Program-made: the position numbers and the translations under genes
In this document: one piece after another, positions 42,694 to 57,609 of the stretch
Layout: every line of letters starts with the position of its first letter
Numbering within the stretch: position 1 is the first letter of the stretch
NCBI GenBank assembly: GCA_020137815.1
Contig: CM035354.1
Coordinates: 4,402,001-4,466,000 of the forward strand
Length of the DNA: 64,000 nucleotides
Direction: 5' to 3'
Origin: Hormiphora californensis
Taxonomy: Eukaryota > Animalia > Ctenophora
Notes under the pieces: model-generated
What the model was told of the DNA's origin: nothing
The model's input: the letters and a program-made list of their open reading frames with translations, nothing else
The model's database searches: none

Positions 42694-44932
42694 ACAGAGT
42701 CATTACACGTAAGCCCACTAGTTTTCCTATGTATATCACACGCGTTAGAATACACACGTGTACTCTCGGTCATGCGTAATCGCTAGACACATGTCCAGAC
42801 GCTAGGTGAACCACCCTTTCTACAGCGTACTTGTACAACAAAACCCCGGACCCCTGTCCCCCTACAAACCCACTAATAACCTTACAAAAAGTGTTCCATT
42901 ACAAGTTACAACATGTTGTACCTGTGTTTGAAGAGCTTGTTTCCGTATTGCAGATCTTCCTAGAACCCTGGTTCTAGATGATGAAGACGATGTGGTACTG
43001 ATGGTATCACATCTTGACACAGCATGTGATGTGGAGCTGATGGTATCACATCTTGAAACAGCATGTGATGTGGAGCTGATGGTATCTAAAGAAAGGCGGA
43101 GATCACAAGTTGTTGTTGAGCGAGAAGAGGTAGAGCTGAGGGATTCTGGGAAAGGTTTCGTTGAGCGCGAAGAGGTGAGGGACTCTGGTATTCGAGGTAG
43201 GGACGCTAGTGTTGGGTTCCATGTAGTAGTACTCATGACAGGATCTGGAGGGTCCAGGTGAAATGTTTGGAGGGATGCACCAGGTGTTGACCACGGGGAG
43301 GGGTGTATGTAGTTGGTGTGTGTCACTGGTGAGAACATACCCTCTCAGAGAGATGGGGTTGTCGCTGAATACTCTCCCTATACTGAGAAGGAGGGGTGTA
43401 AAATAAAACAAAGTTACTGGTAAGACAAATTTACTGGTAAGACAATGTTACTGGAAAGACAAAGTTACTAGTACCAGTGGCAGGACAAAAGGTGTCCGAT
43501 CTAGTAGAGACAAAAGGACCGTTACAAAGTTGAAGCAGCGGTAAAAGGAAGACAAAGCAAGATCACGAATGTAATAACTGTAAAAATAAGGGGAGAGAAA
43601 GAGTGAGATACAAAGAGAGATACAAAGAGAGAGAGAGAGAAACTGTAACACATATATCCTGGCTGATTGAGGGGCGATTAAGCTAATTGGTGTGTCGATT
43701 AGCGAGCAATGAGGAGCCGCTCTCTCTAGACAGCACCGGCAAAACGGAGACTTTGTAGACACCACTGCAGTAGGGTCTAATGTTGGGAAGACGTAAAGTG
43801 GGATGAAGTGAGAAAAGAAGGAAGGAGATGGAAGGATAGTGAGAGATTATAGTAGAACACGTTATATAGGAGACCACCACGGTTTCTTGACAAGACACAA
43901 CCTGAGCCAGTGTGCATGTCATGTTTTACACACTTCTATCATTCTCCCTCCATCCATACATCTCTCTCTCTCTCTCTCTCTTTCCCTCTACATCTTTCTC
44001 TCCCTCTCTCCATCTCCCTCTCAGTTGGCACGCTCAACATCGGCTCATTTGTTGAGGCTCTGGACACGTTCCAGAGAATATCACTTTTCGTACAGAGATC
44101 AGAGAGTGGTTAGGTAACTAGATATGACAAATCCCACCTCATTATTATTGACACATGGTAAATCCAGCCCCATTATGTCCCTCTCCTCTCTCTCCTTGGT
44201 AACCATGGTAACCACCACACCGTTGTAAATGGTTTTATATCCTCACATCATGATGAATATTCTGTAACTCTCTCTCCCTCACTACAACTCCCTCCCTCAC
44301 TACTCCCTCGAGGGATCCCTCTCCCTCCCCACGATGCGGCGAGGAGGCATTGATCTATTGTTGAGGGGGGGGGGGGGTAGCTACACACACATCGTCCCAG
44401 GTAATTACTCCCTCTCACACACTGGATCAACTACACACTCCCCCCTCTTGTTATAATACCCAGGGGACCACGGTGTACTGGATCAAACAGAGGGAGAGGG
44501 GGGAGGGGACACACGTGTAGGAGAGAAGATGTTAGATGGTGCAGACTAAAAAGACATGTATATGTAGGAGAGAGAAGACTAAAAAAGACAAATGAGAGGC
44601 GCATGAATATATTATTCGAGCTTGAAAAAGAGCTACACTGCACCACACGGGGCATGTACAAAACGTGTAGACAGCACAAGAGGGGGCCTTCAGAAAGCAA
44701 GTAAAGACATCTAGAGAGAATGATATAAAGGGGTCTAGAGAGAGAGAGCGGTCTAGAGAGATGTAGAGTAGCAATGACAGGAGAGATTGGAGATCATGCA
44801 TACAATACAATGCCCATGAGAGAAGCAGCAGCAAATGGTGAGCCCAATAACATAACACCATCTTGTGACACTGAGTAAACAACGAGATGTTCCAAGGTTA
44901 TACCCCCACCTTCCTTCTCTCTCTCTCTTTGT

Positions 44933-44989
<57 letters not shown>

Positions 44990-46314
44990 GTTGCTGTCTT
45001 TCTCTGTCTATAGCTTACTCTCTGCCTCTCTATCTATCCGTCTCTTTCCGGTTAAAATTAAAGATGTAAAATAACAGAAGGTAAACAAATCGATATACAG
45101 GGTGAACAAGATAGGAAGCGAGACAGGGTATTCGTCTGTCAGGGCTGTAATTTTATTTTAAAATATCAGATTCCCTAGAAGGAGCTATACGTACCAGATA
45201 CATGATAGCTGATACAGAGAGAAGTATCTTAAATCTATCATAGATCAGAGAGAGGGATCTATCAGAAAGGGATCTATCAGAGATCTATCAAAATGGACAT
45301 TAGTGCAGTAATGAAACTGATAAAAAGCAATAATGAGTTCACTGTTCTCAACCGTCACTTTCGAAGTTCCTAAAACTGCATCTTTTGTTCTCTCTACAAT
45401 AATCGTTCAATTTCAGAGCACATCTCTCACTTTCGACATCTCTTTTTCTCGGTGACAATGCACTGTATGTCTCCTACTATTAGTCTTGCAGTGACAATTA
45501 GTGTCACACGAATTCTCTCTTTTCCTCTGCAGAGAAAGATTCAAAGCTCGAGACAGTACAAGGAAGGAACAATATTATATGTAATGATGGAAATGCCACC
45601 CGCTCCTCCTCCTCCACTGCACTCACAACTTCAATAGGTCATGATTCCAATTGTAACATGTCAATAGGTACAACCACATGTGTCAATAGGTGTATTCCGA
45701 TAATGATGCAGCAGAAAGGAATCTTGCGGAGAGTGCTCTATCCAAGAATGTGGAGAGCTATTTACAAAAGAGACGAGCAATTTTTTGAACATTTCTCGTT
45801 TATTTTGATAATGATGCTGCTATAGCACACGTAATGTTACGAAATAAAATGAGTGTATTTTACTTACGTAATAGAAGGGGCGTTGGGGCGATAGTACAAT
45901 CATGTTGAATGAAACTCTTCGAATAATACCGGACTATAACAAACCGAATAACGAAAGAGGCAAATACAAAAGAAAGTGATGTGGGTTGAGTAAAGTGTGA
46001 TGGGGGTTGAGTAATATTGGAATGTCTGTGTGATGACGTAAGGGGTGTAGAAGGGGGACTCGAGTTTCAATTCTAATTAGATCTTATTATTACTAAACCT
46101 ATCATCAGTGGCTTGATGTGACAGGGTTTAGATGACCTTACTGTGATAGGGGTGGGTGTGAGTGTGTGATTAAGGGCCAATCTGATACGATACCCTATTA
46201 TTAGCAACCCCGATACCTATAATTAGTTAGCAACGGGTCCAGGCAACCAAAAGCCCAAAATTCTATAAACCCCACCAGTCTCAACCCACGAAAATACAGA
46301 CAACAATACACATA

Positions 46315-49300
46315 CCTCTTCCATGCTCGCGGTACTCTCCGGCCGTGAAGTGGTGGTACGAACTTCTGACCTGAAATAAGAAGTGTGAATTTGTTGAAGT
46401 TGGTGAATCCGTATCAGAAAGTGTGAATTGCTGGAAAGTGTGAATTTCTTGCTGCGTTATAAAACCGTACAATTTAACATATCCTTAGAGAGCGGCGGAA
46501 AGAGCAATTTATGTAGTTACCTGGTCAATGGTGGTGCTGCCTGATTGACGTCAATCTCCGCGGGTACCCGCAACGCTGCAAAGGGCTGTAGAGAGGAGGG
46601 AGAGGGCGGCCGTTCATCATCATCTGATGCTGGGAGGAGTCGCGTAGGAAGAAGGGGAGATGTGACCCGTTCTGGAATAGTTGGAGGAGGAGGAGGAGGT
46701 AGGGACTGGGAGGGTAACCGGGATGGGACGGTAGGAGGGGGAGACAAAGCTCGAGATGGAGGTGGAGGGGGAGATAAGGCTCGAGATGGGGGTGGAGGGG
46801 GAGACAGAGCCCGGGATGCTGCGTCAGGAGCTCTTGAAGTAGGTACCGCCCACCCGTTAGAGTACTCCACAGTTCCAGTTGGTAATGTTGCTCTCTCTGG
46901 TAGGGGAGGGGACATAGGTCGAGAGGATTGGTCTGGTAGGGGAGGGGACATTGGCCGAGATGTAGTAGTAGCAGCAGGTGGTGGTGGTGACATTGGCCGG
47001 GAGGATGGTGCTGATGACCAGTTCCTATCATGAGACACTCCATTTCTGTAACTAAATCCAGGGTGTTGTTGCTGCTGTGGGGGTGGGGACACCACCCGTT
47101 GGTACCCCTTATTCTGCGAGGGGCCCACAACTGCCCCTCTCCTGGGCACAACAACAGGACCTTGTTGGCGAGCTGCCAGTTTCTCAATAGCACTGTTAAT
47201 TTCCCACGGTGAGGGAGTATCCTGGAAGGTGGGGTAGGATTGCCCGTATCGAGTATCACTAACCCCACTACTCTGGCTGATCCTCGCTTCCACGAGAGTT
47301 GGTTCTGACCCGTCCCCCGATCCCTTTGAGAGGGATGACGGGACGGAGGGGTCGGGATTGTCTCATTTGGTGTTCCCGGACCTGCCGGGCTAATGGATCA
47401 GAATCCTGGCTTGAGAAGGATGCACTGGGACTGAGGGAGCTGTACTGTCCTGATGATGTGACTGAGGAACGGCGAGGTGGGGTCCGGGAGACAGTCCGGC
47501 GGGGTGGGGTCGGGGGTTGCCCCGAGGATCTATCCACAACAGGCAGACTGGCAGGGGGAGATTTCCGATGGGGTGAGAGATGAGGAGGGACTCCAGGGGA
47601 GGGAGGATGACTAGAGAAGAGACCAGCTTGATCAGCAAGAAATGTCGAGGTGTCCTTAGGAGGTGGCTCAAGTGTTAAGTAAACATAATCGTCACGACTC
47701 CTCATGTCCTCTAGGCACCGCCTACAAAGAGAGAATAGTATTAAAGATAGGGAGAGAGAGATAGTTTTATAGACAGAGAGAGATAGAGAGAGAGAGAGAA
47801 GAAAGAGATTGAGACATAGTAAGAGAGTCGAGAACAGGAATTATTCATTTTGTTGTTTCGTCATGCTTGATACATGTGTGAATGTGTGTGTGGGAGCAGC
47901 AGCAGGTGGACGTATCAGGTTTCTCTACGACAGAGCCTGGTCTAGTCCAGTGAGATGGAGCCGGGAGCGAGATAGAGGGAGCAAGAGAGAGGAAGTAGAG
48001 AGATAGAGCTAGGGAGCTGGAGAGGGATGTGGTGTCCGTGTGATCGCTAATCCGATTTACCCTCCCCCCTGCTACCGGACTCAGATTATCTTCCTTCTAC
48101 TACACTCGGAATGTCGGATAATCGAGCTACAATTTTCTGGTATAATTCAACGATTGAAAAGTTATTTATATTTGTCACAAAACAGGGATTTGTGCCCATT
48201 TTTGGTAACCGAGAATTTAAAAATTCAATTTGTTAACCACTCTCTGCTCCCCCATCGGCCATCACTGAAAACTATCCCACTGTTTCTCGTATACTGCATT
48301 CTCCCTCTATCTTTCTTTCTTCCTCTACCCACTGTTCTGTATAATCCATCAAAGTCCACTAATAATAGAAGCAGTTGAATAATATCAACAATGTTCACCG
48401 TACTTTGACTATGTTTTAGAAGGCTCCGGTAAAATTGATTCTTTAATCTTTGACTTTAGGTGAAGATTTGGAGAAGTGTGAGTCGTGACTGAGAAATGTT
48501 AGATAAAAATAGAGCAGCGCCTATATTTATAACAAAAAGGGGGGACCACTTCCAATTATACCAGAGTGGGGCAATGGTATGTAAAGAAAGAGAGATAGAG
48601 AGATAGAAAGAGAGAGAGCAATGAAGGGATATGTAGAGATAGAGAGAGGAGAAAAAGTTTCAGTACATTCCAATCAGATATCGTGCTTGTCAAATAAGAT
48701 GGTATAGGGTGACAAACATGTGAGACACCCAACCCTCTCTCAGCTCTCACCCAACCCTCTCCCTCTCCTGCTCTCACTCAACCCCCTCTCTCTCTACTGC
48801 AGGGGGACCAACACCCTGAGAGCTCTCTAATCAAACCAATCTACCAAATATCTCAGAAGCCCATCGTGTAGAGCCATCATGCAAGATACAGATCGGCAGA
48901 CAAAGGTGTCTACCAGTAACCTTAGAGTACTAAGTAGGGGAGGGTGTGGGATTCGTGTCTAATTGCTGGGACTCTACTTACGATATAAGGACTTGGATTC
49001 GATGCAGGTCGCTGACAGACGTTAGTCGCATCACACAAACAAGGGAGCAAATGAGGGCTGACCTTCTCCCCGCTCCTTTCGTGCACTCAGTTTGCTTTAT
49101 TTTTGGACCCCATGTCACACATAGAAAAGGGAGAGACAAAAGAATAGAGTTCTAAGAATGGATCTGCAGAGAGTGAGCGATGACGTTAGGGGTGCCAATC
49201 TACTAAGTGGGCCTTGGGAGAGTGCACAGGAGGATCTCTCCCCTCCTCCTCTCTCTCGTTCCAGCTGCAGACCACTTTACTGCAGACTCATATATTATAC

Positions 49301-50740
49301 ACACACAGACCACTGTGCTGCTGCTGCAGACCGATAGTAATTCATAACCAATTCTGCAGGAGGATATAGGAGAGCAACCTATCCCTGATCGATCTCCCCT
49401 TCTCTCTTTCTCTATCTCTCTCTCCGTGGGTAGTAAACGTGTATACAAGTCCTCTCCAAACTCTCTCCCATAGTTCTGTCTGTCTCTTCCCTCCTATACA
49501 TGCTCCCATGGTGGGGAGGGGGAAGGGAGAGCAAGAGAGGATAGATGGAGAGAGAGGGAGATGATTATATAGGGTGTAATGAGCGGCCCATTACGTTATT
49601 ACATAGCATCATCATACTGAAATAGAGAGATGGGTGGGATCCAGGGCCCCTCGCAACATCTGCTTACCAACCGATTACAGACTAATTTCATTGGTACTTC
49701 CATCTTCTAGGGGCCGTGTCAGAAACAGAGAAGAGCATGTAGTGGCCGGAGGTGAATTGAATGAGATGAAATATGTCTCATAAACAAGTTTTAAAGAGCT
49801 CCCAAAACAATAATTTACCTCGCACTTGGTAGGCTCATCGGGCGGTACTGAATTCATTCACATAGAGGATCTTATCCCCTGGACGAAGAGCACTGGAGTC
49901 AGGGCAGCTGTGTACAAATATTCCATTGTGAACGCGAGCTACACCCCACTGTGTCCCCATACCTGCAATCAGAGAGATTAAAATAGGGGGTGATTGGTAT
50001 TATGAAATACAGTAGGTAGAAGAGATTGGGGTGAAGATTTGGGATAGAGAGAGATTTAGTTAATCAGGCGCCAAAGACTCTGATAGAAAATAGTGAGAGA
50101 GAGTAAACTTTACCCAGTCTTTAATCCCGAGAGAATTACATAGAGAAAGGGAGTTATAGTAGCAGGTGTATCATCATGAAGTATTAGATCACTACTACGT
50201 ACCTATCACACAGTTGAATATGGGAGGTAGAGGGAACACACACCGCCCCTGGGAACTGACTGCTGCTAGTGTTGCTGTGCTGTGAGCCCTGTTCAAGCCT
50301 ACTACATAGCGAATACTTGGATGCACCTGAAAATATTGACAATGTAAATCAGATGTCAGATAGTTTTCACTGGCAGGCGGTGTTTTGTTGTTTTGTAAGT
50401 TAGGTGGAAGTCGACACGCATAAATATATAACGAGAGGATGAGAGAGAAAGAGAGAGGAGGGAGGTTTGTGTAAGAGAGAGAGTGAGAGAGAGAGAGAGA
50501 GGAGGGAGGTTTATGTAAGAGAGAGAGGAGGGGGTGAAAGAGGACATATGTTGAGGGTCAGCAATGTTTACATACACCTTTCGGAAACCGCAAAGGAAGA
50601 GCTCTCTCTCTCTCTCTCTGCTGTCGGTTCCGTGTTTACCTAAGCTCTGATGTAAAACTTCCGAATCACTGCTCCGAAGGTTCGAGTTTCGTTTGAGGGA
50701 CTTAGGGAGGGTAAGAAACGCCCTGGTACCATTACTCATG
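46315..50740 (-). CDS. N-terminal PDZ plus long proline-rich protein; 3' exons unresolved; several apparent indels
   Basis: Exon ~49820-49962 reads ..SALRPGDKILYVN.. and splices to RCLEDMRSRDDYVYLTLEPP (~47722). The Pro-rich ORFs 47268..47705 and 46517..47293 overlap by a frameshift. A further exon lies at 46315-46370. The start near 50740 is tentative. Confidence 0.55.
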
Positions 50741-52023
50741 ATAGCCAATCACACTCCATAGTTCATGTTTGGTATAACTGCTATATGGGAACAATGTGTG
50801 ATTATCGATAACAGTAGAATAGGGAAACAGGGCAATATATTTTATGGATAACAATCTGCAATCGTCAACTCTCAATTGTGGAACTTATGTACTTATTTGT
50901 CCAAATGTACCATTCATCTGGAGTCAGAAATTGTCATGTTTTTGAGCTAGAAATGCTCTAGTATTCAAGTAAAGTGTGTGATTAAGTCCTCAATAGTAGT
51001 GCGACATTCATTTAAACCCTCTGTGTGAACATGAACTGTGGTATGGTCGTGGGGCCCACGACATGGGCAACCACTGAATGATCCGGGCTCCAACAGACTA
51101 AAATTCGCCGTTTTTCGGTAAGAGACACAATTTTCTATTTTATCTAATCGTATCAATTCACCACGCACACGTTAATAAAAAAGTCGTCAAATATAGTTGA
51201 AAAGCACACAGGGAACGATCGTTACAGGAAAAAAAATGAGAAAAACGAACGAAAAAAAATGCCAAAACCCGAAAATTTTGAGATTTCATCACGAGCAAAA
51301 TATTTATTTACCTGATCTGCGCGATGCATTAAATGTGAACGCGCGATTTTACACGAATCACGCTGCGAATGGTGTGCCGCGCGTCACATCTTCTCCGGTC
51401 ATGCGCTCATTATCGCGCGCACAGTCTGACCCGCGCGACTTCTGGCATCCCAGAGTACTCGCGCGTTCCGTCGTTGTCCTCCCAGTTCAAGTGTCGCCTT
51501 GAGGTTCCGAGCAGTGTCACTGATAACAGAGGAGTAACATCAGGTCAAGTGATTACTGAGTGTAATTGTGTGTGCTACTAAACTCAGCGGGTAGCTGACA
51601 GACTTGCCTGTCACAGTGGGATGCCGGATACTCAACTGTAAATCTTGAACTCAAGTCTGTGACAAGTCTCGTCAAGACAATAATGATAGGATCGATCATC
51701 AAGACTGTCTCGATCCGATCATCGTTTGAAAGATTTAAGAATCAGATCAGAGCGTTCAGTATCAGCCCTGATCGCTTGAATCATGATTATGTTCTGTAGA
51801 ACTGAAATATCGGAATATTTCTTTGAAGTATCCAGTCCCAACTCTTCCTCCAGACTGTGGCAAATTCCTCCGTCCTTTTCAAGAGAACTTTCCTCGTAAA
51901 TTTACTATTTACCCCTTCTCTCCCTTACAGCAACGGACGAAAGTCGTAGTTAAATCTTAAAACAACAAAAGTACAATCCTTTTTTTTGTGTAAAACAGGT
52001 GTAAAATTAAAACCGTCCAGGGA

Positions 52024-52183
52024 CCAGTTACACAATTGAAACCTGACATTAGTTTCAGTAAAAACTGGTGTCAGGTTCTGACGCGCTACTTTCAATGCAA
52101 TTCACATCGATCACGTGATCGAAAATGTCGCTGTCCAGTGAAACTGATGGGGAACTGATGTCAGGTTTCAATTTTGTAACTGG
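52024..52183. mobile_element. Small MITE with ~31-bp imperfect TIRs
   Basis: ccagttacacaattgaaacctgacattagtt / aactgatgtcaggtttcaattttgtaactgg. Confidence 0.7.
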
Positions 52184-52560
52184 AGCGTCACATTACAATT
52201 TGTAGCATGCACTGTTGACTAAAGACTTTCTCTTAAAAAACACCCAATATCTGTCAACTATAATTCTCTATCTCTTTCTCTCACTAAATACGCCATATAA
52301 CGATAGTTATCTGATATCTGCTTCTCAATAAATGGACAATAAAAGACTAATTTCCTCAACTCTCTCACAAGGACATAATTATCTTTCTATTAAGTTTGTA
52401 CATTGCATTCCATATAATATCATTACTCAACATTCTCTCTCTCTCTCTTTGTCTCATTCCTCAATATTTGACAATGAAATTAACAAAAAAACGATAAAAT
52501 ATATATTACTTTTCTCTCATTATATATAACACCACACAGTCTCTCTCAGCAGCTCCCTGG

Positions 52561-53207
52561 CTACACCAAAATATGTTTGGTACTGGCAAACTTCAATAGT
52601 TCAACATGCTCAATCTGTCCATCCTGTCCCCGCCGTTATCAGGTACTTCAGTAACACTGTTGTTGGGTATTTTCTGCTTTCTCAAGTTCTCAGGAAACGG
52701 AGCCGTGGCATAAGGAGCCAGGACTATAGCACTGCAACGAGTTGGGGAGCAGTGAGTGACACACAATACTCGAACCTCCTCTACCATCCCCTCTAACTCA
52801 CACGCCCTGGCTACAGTATCTCTGATGGCACTGCCCACCCTGTTACATAGCTCTGTATAGGTCTCAACACTGGGCGGTTCACACTCCACATCAGCTGTTG
52901 CCTCCAACACTACCTTCTTTTCCTTGGCATACTGCCCATAGGGACACCCGTTAAACCGGCCAAAGTTCCTGTCCCGGAGTCTCGGTTCCACTGCCCCTTT
53001 CAGGCCCAGGTGGTACAGGGTGTCCCGTGCCCGTCCCAGATCGCTCACATAAACCCAGGTGAAATCGTATTGTTGGAGGTAGGGAGCGCTGGAGAGGGTT
53101 TCCCGGATACCGGCAGCAGTTAGTTTGCTGTCATGGTGACCGTTGATGGTGTGGGTGACATTGTTATTTGTCTCACCGTGCCGTGTGAACACCAACTTTA
53201 CCCTCAT
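52561..53207 (-). CDS. Histidine phosphatase superfamily protein (TIGAR/phosphoglycerate mutase-like); C-terminus probably frameshifted
   Basis: FTRHGET..N, LTAAG, SDLGRARDT, RLRDRNFG, VLCVTH, IPNNSV. A corrected reading ends ..LLKFASTKHILV* at 52561. Confidence 0.85.
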
Positions 53208-53429
53208 GTTGTTTCTATTGGAAGGTGGTCTGTTAACTTTTGGAGAGGGGAGAGGGGAGAGGGGGAGTTAAGAAAAGGGAAATGGGTTTGAAATTGTACA
53301 GAGAATTAAAGCAAAGACCTTTTTAGCCAAATCTAGAACCTCAGCAATTGGATTAATACGACTTTAGTAAGGAGGGGTACCACAGTCAGAGGTAAAAACA
53401 TGAAGTTCATTGTGAGACTGAGATCAGGA

Positions 53430-53900
53430 ATAACATGACAGATATCCAAGAATAACAAGAGAAACCTGCTTCACTTGTTTATATGACCCGCCCTATTCCA
53501 GTTGTATCTCCCCTTACTTAATGCATGTATCTCTAACTCAAGCGTGATCCAAAGACTTGCAGCAATCTAATTATCATCTATATGATGATTTAAGTTATGG
53601 GCTTATGGAAAAATGTTATTCTCCAAATAGTTGGATGAGACATTTTTGAATGGTCATGGGTGGGGTGAAAAGGGAAAAGAGAAAGCGGCGGGCAACACAG
53701 CATTGGCTGCAGTACACAAAAAAGCTACTCTCCAACCAACTCTCAAGCTATGAAATATTATTAATAACTCCAGAACAATAATTGAGGTAGTAAAACAAAT
53801 GGCAAGAATGAGAAATTAATAACGCTTTCCCCACCCCAAAAGGCTAGACTATCGAGTATCGGGTTGTTAGTTAAATCTAAAATTGAGTAGAAATATCATC
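53430..53900 (-). mobile_element. Possible highly decayed reverse-transcriptase fragment (DIRS/LTR type)
   Basis: Collinear, stop-interrupted motifs on -: SILDLT, FHSLRV, PMTIQKCL, HIDDN, VILGYL. Weak evidence. Confidence 0.25.
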
Positions 53901-55547
53901 TCTCTGGAGTTATAGTTAGGCCACGATTATTGTAAAGGAGGACCAGCTAGTATGATCTACCAAACCCTCACAGAGCGTGCCCATTTTATGAAATAAAATA
54001 CGGTGTAAGCTATACAACATGAACAGTCTACAGGCGGCTACAGGACAAGCAGGACATGTCACAATATGAATCCAACTAAATGTTGCATGGCCCTGATGTT
54101 GGATTTAATAAATAAAGTTGGATTAAATAAACAGGTTTGTTATCATGCACGACGAAGTGGCAGTTCTACTTCAGCTGCTTTATTATTTTGGCAAATGGAT
54201 TCTATGGAAGTATAACTTTCTTAGTTAAGTCCCCTCCCCTCCCTTCCCTTCCGGCATTCATCACAACGATCACAACACAGAAGGAGTGAATATCTAACCC
54301 TTCCTTTACATTACTTAGGCGTACGGCTAGGCAAAAGAGTTCTACAACAAGCAAAATACGGCCTAAGACACACACGACTATTACACAACCCTCAGACAGA
54401 GAAAGAGAGTGATTACATGATTAGAGGCAGTAGATGTACAATGTACATCCTGGCTCCCATTGCATAATCTAGCATAATATACCGCCCTAAGAATCGCATA
54501 AATTATCCCAGCTACTACAGGAGGAGGTAGAGACAGGGCCCAGGCCATATAATGATGCACTTATTGGAAAAATTGGAAACAGATCAGCTCAGATCCTGGA
54601 CAATGAACAACTTAGAAGTGTCTGGATCTCGGGATCTATAAGTAAAGAAACAGTGCAGTACAGAACACATACTGCATACACACTCCAGCCATTACACACT
54701 CTCACACAGAGCTGTTTAGTTTGCATGCATGAAACTTGACTACGTGCGTCAATATGAGAATAAGAAGACTGCGGTAGCTGCTAGGAGAAGGGCTGATTCA
54801 GCTGCCGAGAGAGAATGAATGAGAATTATAACTGAGACAGAGGGTCTGGAGAGCTGTCAGGCCAATGCCTATTATTATTATCGTAATGGGCAGGACTCAG
54901 ACTGAATACTGGGGTTCAGCACGACCACCTTTATAGCAGTCCAATCCAACAACAACAATCGGTCACCTTATTTGGATAACCCACACACGTACTGCCTCCT
55001 TATTTGGGTTAGACAATCACGCAACTGTGCAACCTTATTTGGTTAAGCGGCAATCACGCAACTTCCATATTTGGATAGCCGGTATTTCACGCCGGGCTGT
55101 TATTTGAATGAAGGGCTTGCACGCCGGGTTCGGTAATGGTGCTGCCACTGCCAGCATAAACACGGTGGTGGGGGACTTGGGAGGATCTTCCAGAAGGTCA
55201 ACATCACACAGCTTGATGGATTGGAAAACCAGGTAAGGACATTTAGACATAAACTTAGGGACAGGTAATAAAACTGTTTCAGACTATGAGCCAATTTATT
55301 TTCAGGTCGTGTTGATCAGACTGTCTCGTGCGAGACACACTTTGGAACATGGAACAAGAATTCTTGAACCGTTACTGATGATATCGGGGTACAATATTTT
55401 AGTTCTTTATAGAGCAACTGGTTTTCTGGTGTAGGCTAGATATAGATCTATTAGTATATTATCTAGCCTACTGCATTGTGACTCTCCAAATCTTATGACA
55501 TTTCGGTTTCTTTATCCTACAACGTGCTCTCTATCTTTTAGTATTCT

Positions 55548-55689
<142 letters not shown>

Positions 55690-56266
55690 TCTCTATATAT
55701 ATCTTAATCTCCCTCACTCTCGCTCTCTCTCTCTCTCTCTCTCTCTATCTTAATCTCCCTCACTCTATCCCCAACTCTCTCTGTCTGTGCGGTGGTTTCT
55801 GTTTATAGATCACTTTGGTTTGTACTGTCGGAGAATTGTATTGGCAACTTTTAATTAACGCATGCAGTACATTGAACAATTATACATACAATATGCCCTG
55901 AATTTTCTCTCTTTGATCTTCACAAATTAAAAGTTTGGGCGTTCATGGCGTGGAGAGTAGCCTAGACTAACACTGTGTTAGTGTGTTAAAGTAAGGGATT
56001 TTATCAAGCATACAGTTGTTCTAGAGCTTCCCTGTATCAATACCAATACTAATGTACTCTTATCTCGGTGGAAACCAATCAAAAGTTGCTTAATCTTGGG
56101 CACATGTGTTCTTTTTGTTAATTTTCACCATCTTCTAATTTATATAGCGATACAATAATTGAGTGCCTGCCAGTCGAATCTCTAAATAGAATGTTTCCAG
56201 CTGGAATCCATACATGCAGCTAAATTCTCCTCCTGCATATTTCTACTGCATTCTGTATTAAACTAA

Positions 56267-57609
56267 CTAGCTTCTGTCTTCGGCTGGTGCCAAAATGAGC
56301 ACAAAATTGGATTTAGTTTTTTTGACTAAAAACCCCAAATCATTCCCGGGCTGATTTTTAAACTCATTGCTTTTAGAAGATGAACCTAACGAATTTCTTC
56401 CAATCCCAGGTCTTCTTGATGAATTTGTGAATTTCTGGCACACAATACTCCTATTTGCACGTTTCCTCTTTCTAATTTTGCACTGATATCTACTAGAGTA
56501 CCCGTTTGTACATTTCTTGATTGGATGCGACCTCGAGGAGCTATGACAATGCGAAAAAAGGGGTGGCACGCGACTTTAACCACGTGGTGATCTAACCGCT
56601 CCTACTATCATACACATTGGGTTTTTGAAAAAACGGTCATTATAGTCAAATTTTTTAATCAAGGGACAGGGGCCGCGCATTTACAAAAGTCTTTTTGCGC
56701 GTGCTAAACGTTTTCGCTCATATCTCCTGTTCCTGATAAGATAAAGACTTGGTCTTTGTTGCGTTGAAAAGGTCTTAAAATTATCTTTCCAACGCTTCCG
56801 GATTCAAGTCTTAAGATTAGCAGGAACTTGATCTCGATTATCACGCGCAAATACAAAGCCGCGCAACCCCTCTGAATGCGCGGCCCCCTGTCCCTTGATT
56901 AAAAAATTCGACTATACAATTTTGGCGAGGCGGGTAAATCATTTACTGTAACGCGCGAATTTCTCCAAAAAAGCGCTGCTTTTTTACGCCGCGCGCGGAA
57001 CCTAAAATTACGCGCGCAGTGTAAAATTTTAAAATTCATTGAAAATTTCCTCTCGTTCGCGTTTTATGTCGCCAAAAAAAGTCGACGAAAAATTCCAAAT
57101 TCGTGAATTATAAGAACTCCGGTCAGTTCTCATCTTGCCAATCCGTTTTCCGGGAACCCCTGGCCAAAGGACATTAAAATTCACATACCGACCAAGTTTC
57201 ATATCGATTGGATAAGATTTTGGGTGGCTACGGTGAAAAATATCGTATTTTTGGCATTTTTAACTTTCCCGACGCGATTTACGACCCTTAAACATTGAGT
57301 TACGGGAAATCGCTATCAAGTAAAATGAAGTTCAAACGATTCTCTTTCCCCACTATTGCGTTAGTTTTTTGATTTAGAGCCGTTTTCAGGGTCTTAGAAG
57401 CGTTTGAAAAATGTAAGTCTTTTTGTCGCAATGACGTCACCCCGTGACGTCACTGTTGTAAAGATCGGATCAAAAATCTGAGCCCGTACTTACACCCGCC
57501 TTGGTCCAAAGTACCAGTGTACAAATTTTCAGGGGTCTAGCTCAAAAACTGTAGGAGGAGTAGGGAGAAAACAATTATCGGACTAACATTTTGGAAATTA
57601 TTATATGGA
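56267..57609 (-). mobile_element. Non-autonomous Helitron
   Basis: On -: A|TCCATATAATAA.. at 57609; 3' hairpin gtgctcattttggcac followed by CTAG|T at 56267; inserted between A and T with no TSD. Confidence 0.75.
56641..56916. mobile_element. Palindromic MITE nested in the Helitron
   Basis: tatagtcaaattttttaatcaagggacaggggccgcgcatt / aatgcgcggccccctgtcccttgattaaaaaattcgactata. Confidence 0.8.

Noticed and set aside
42862-44500. Possible 3' exons of the PDZ/Pro-rich gene, including 39-bp tandem repeats at ~42990-43085
   Set aside because: No consistent splice phase or recognisable domain could be established by eye.
55035-55294. Short minus-strand ORFs
   Set aside because: No recognisable homology or exon context.
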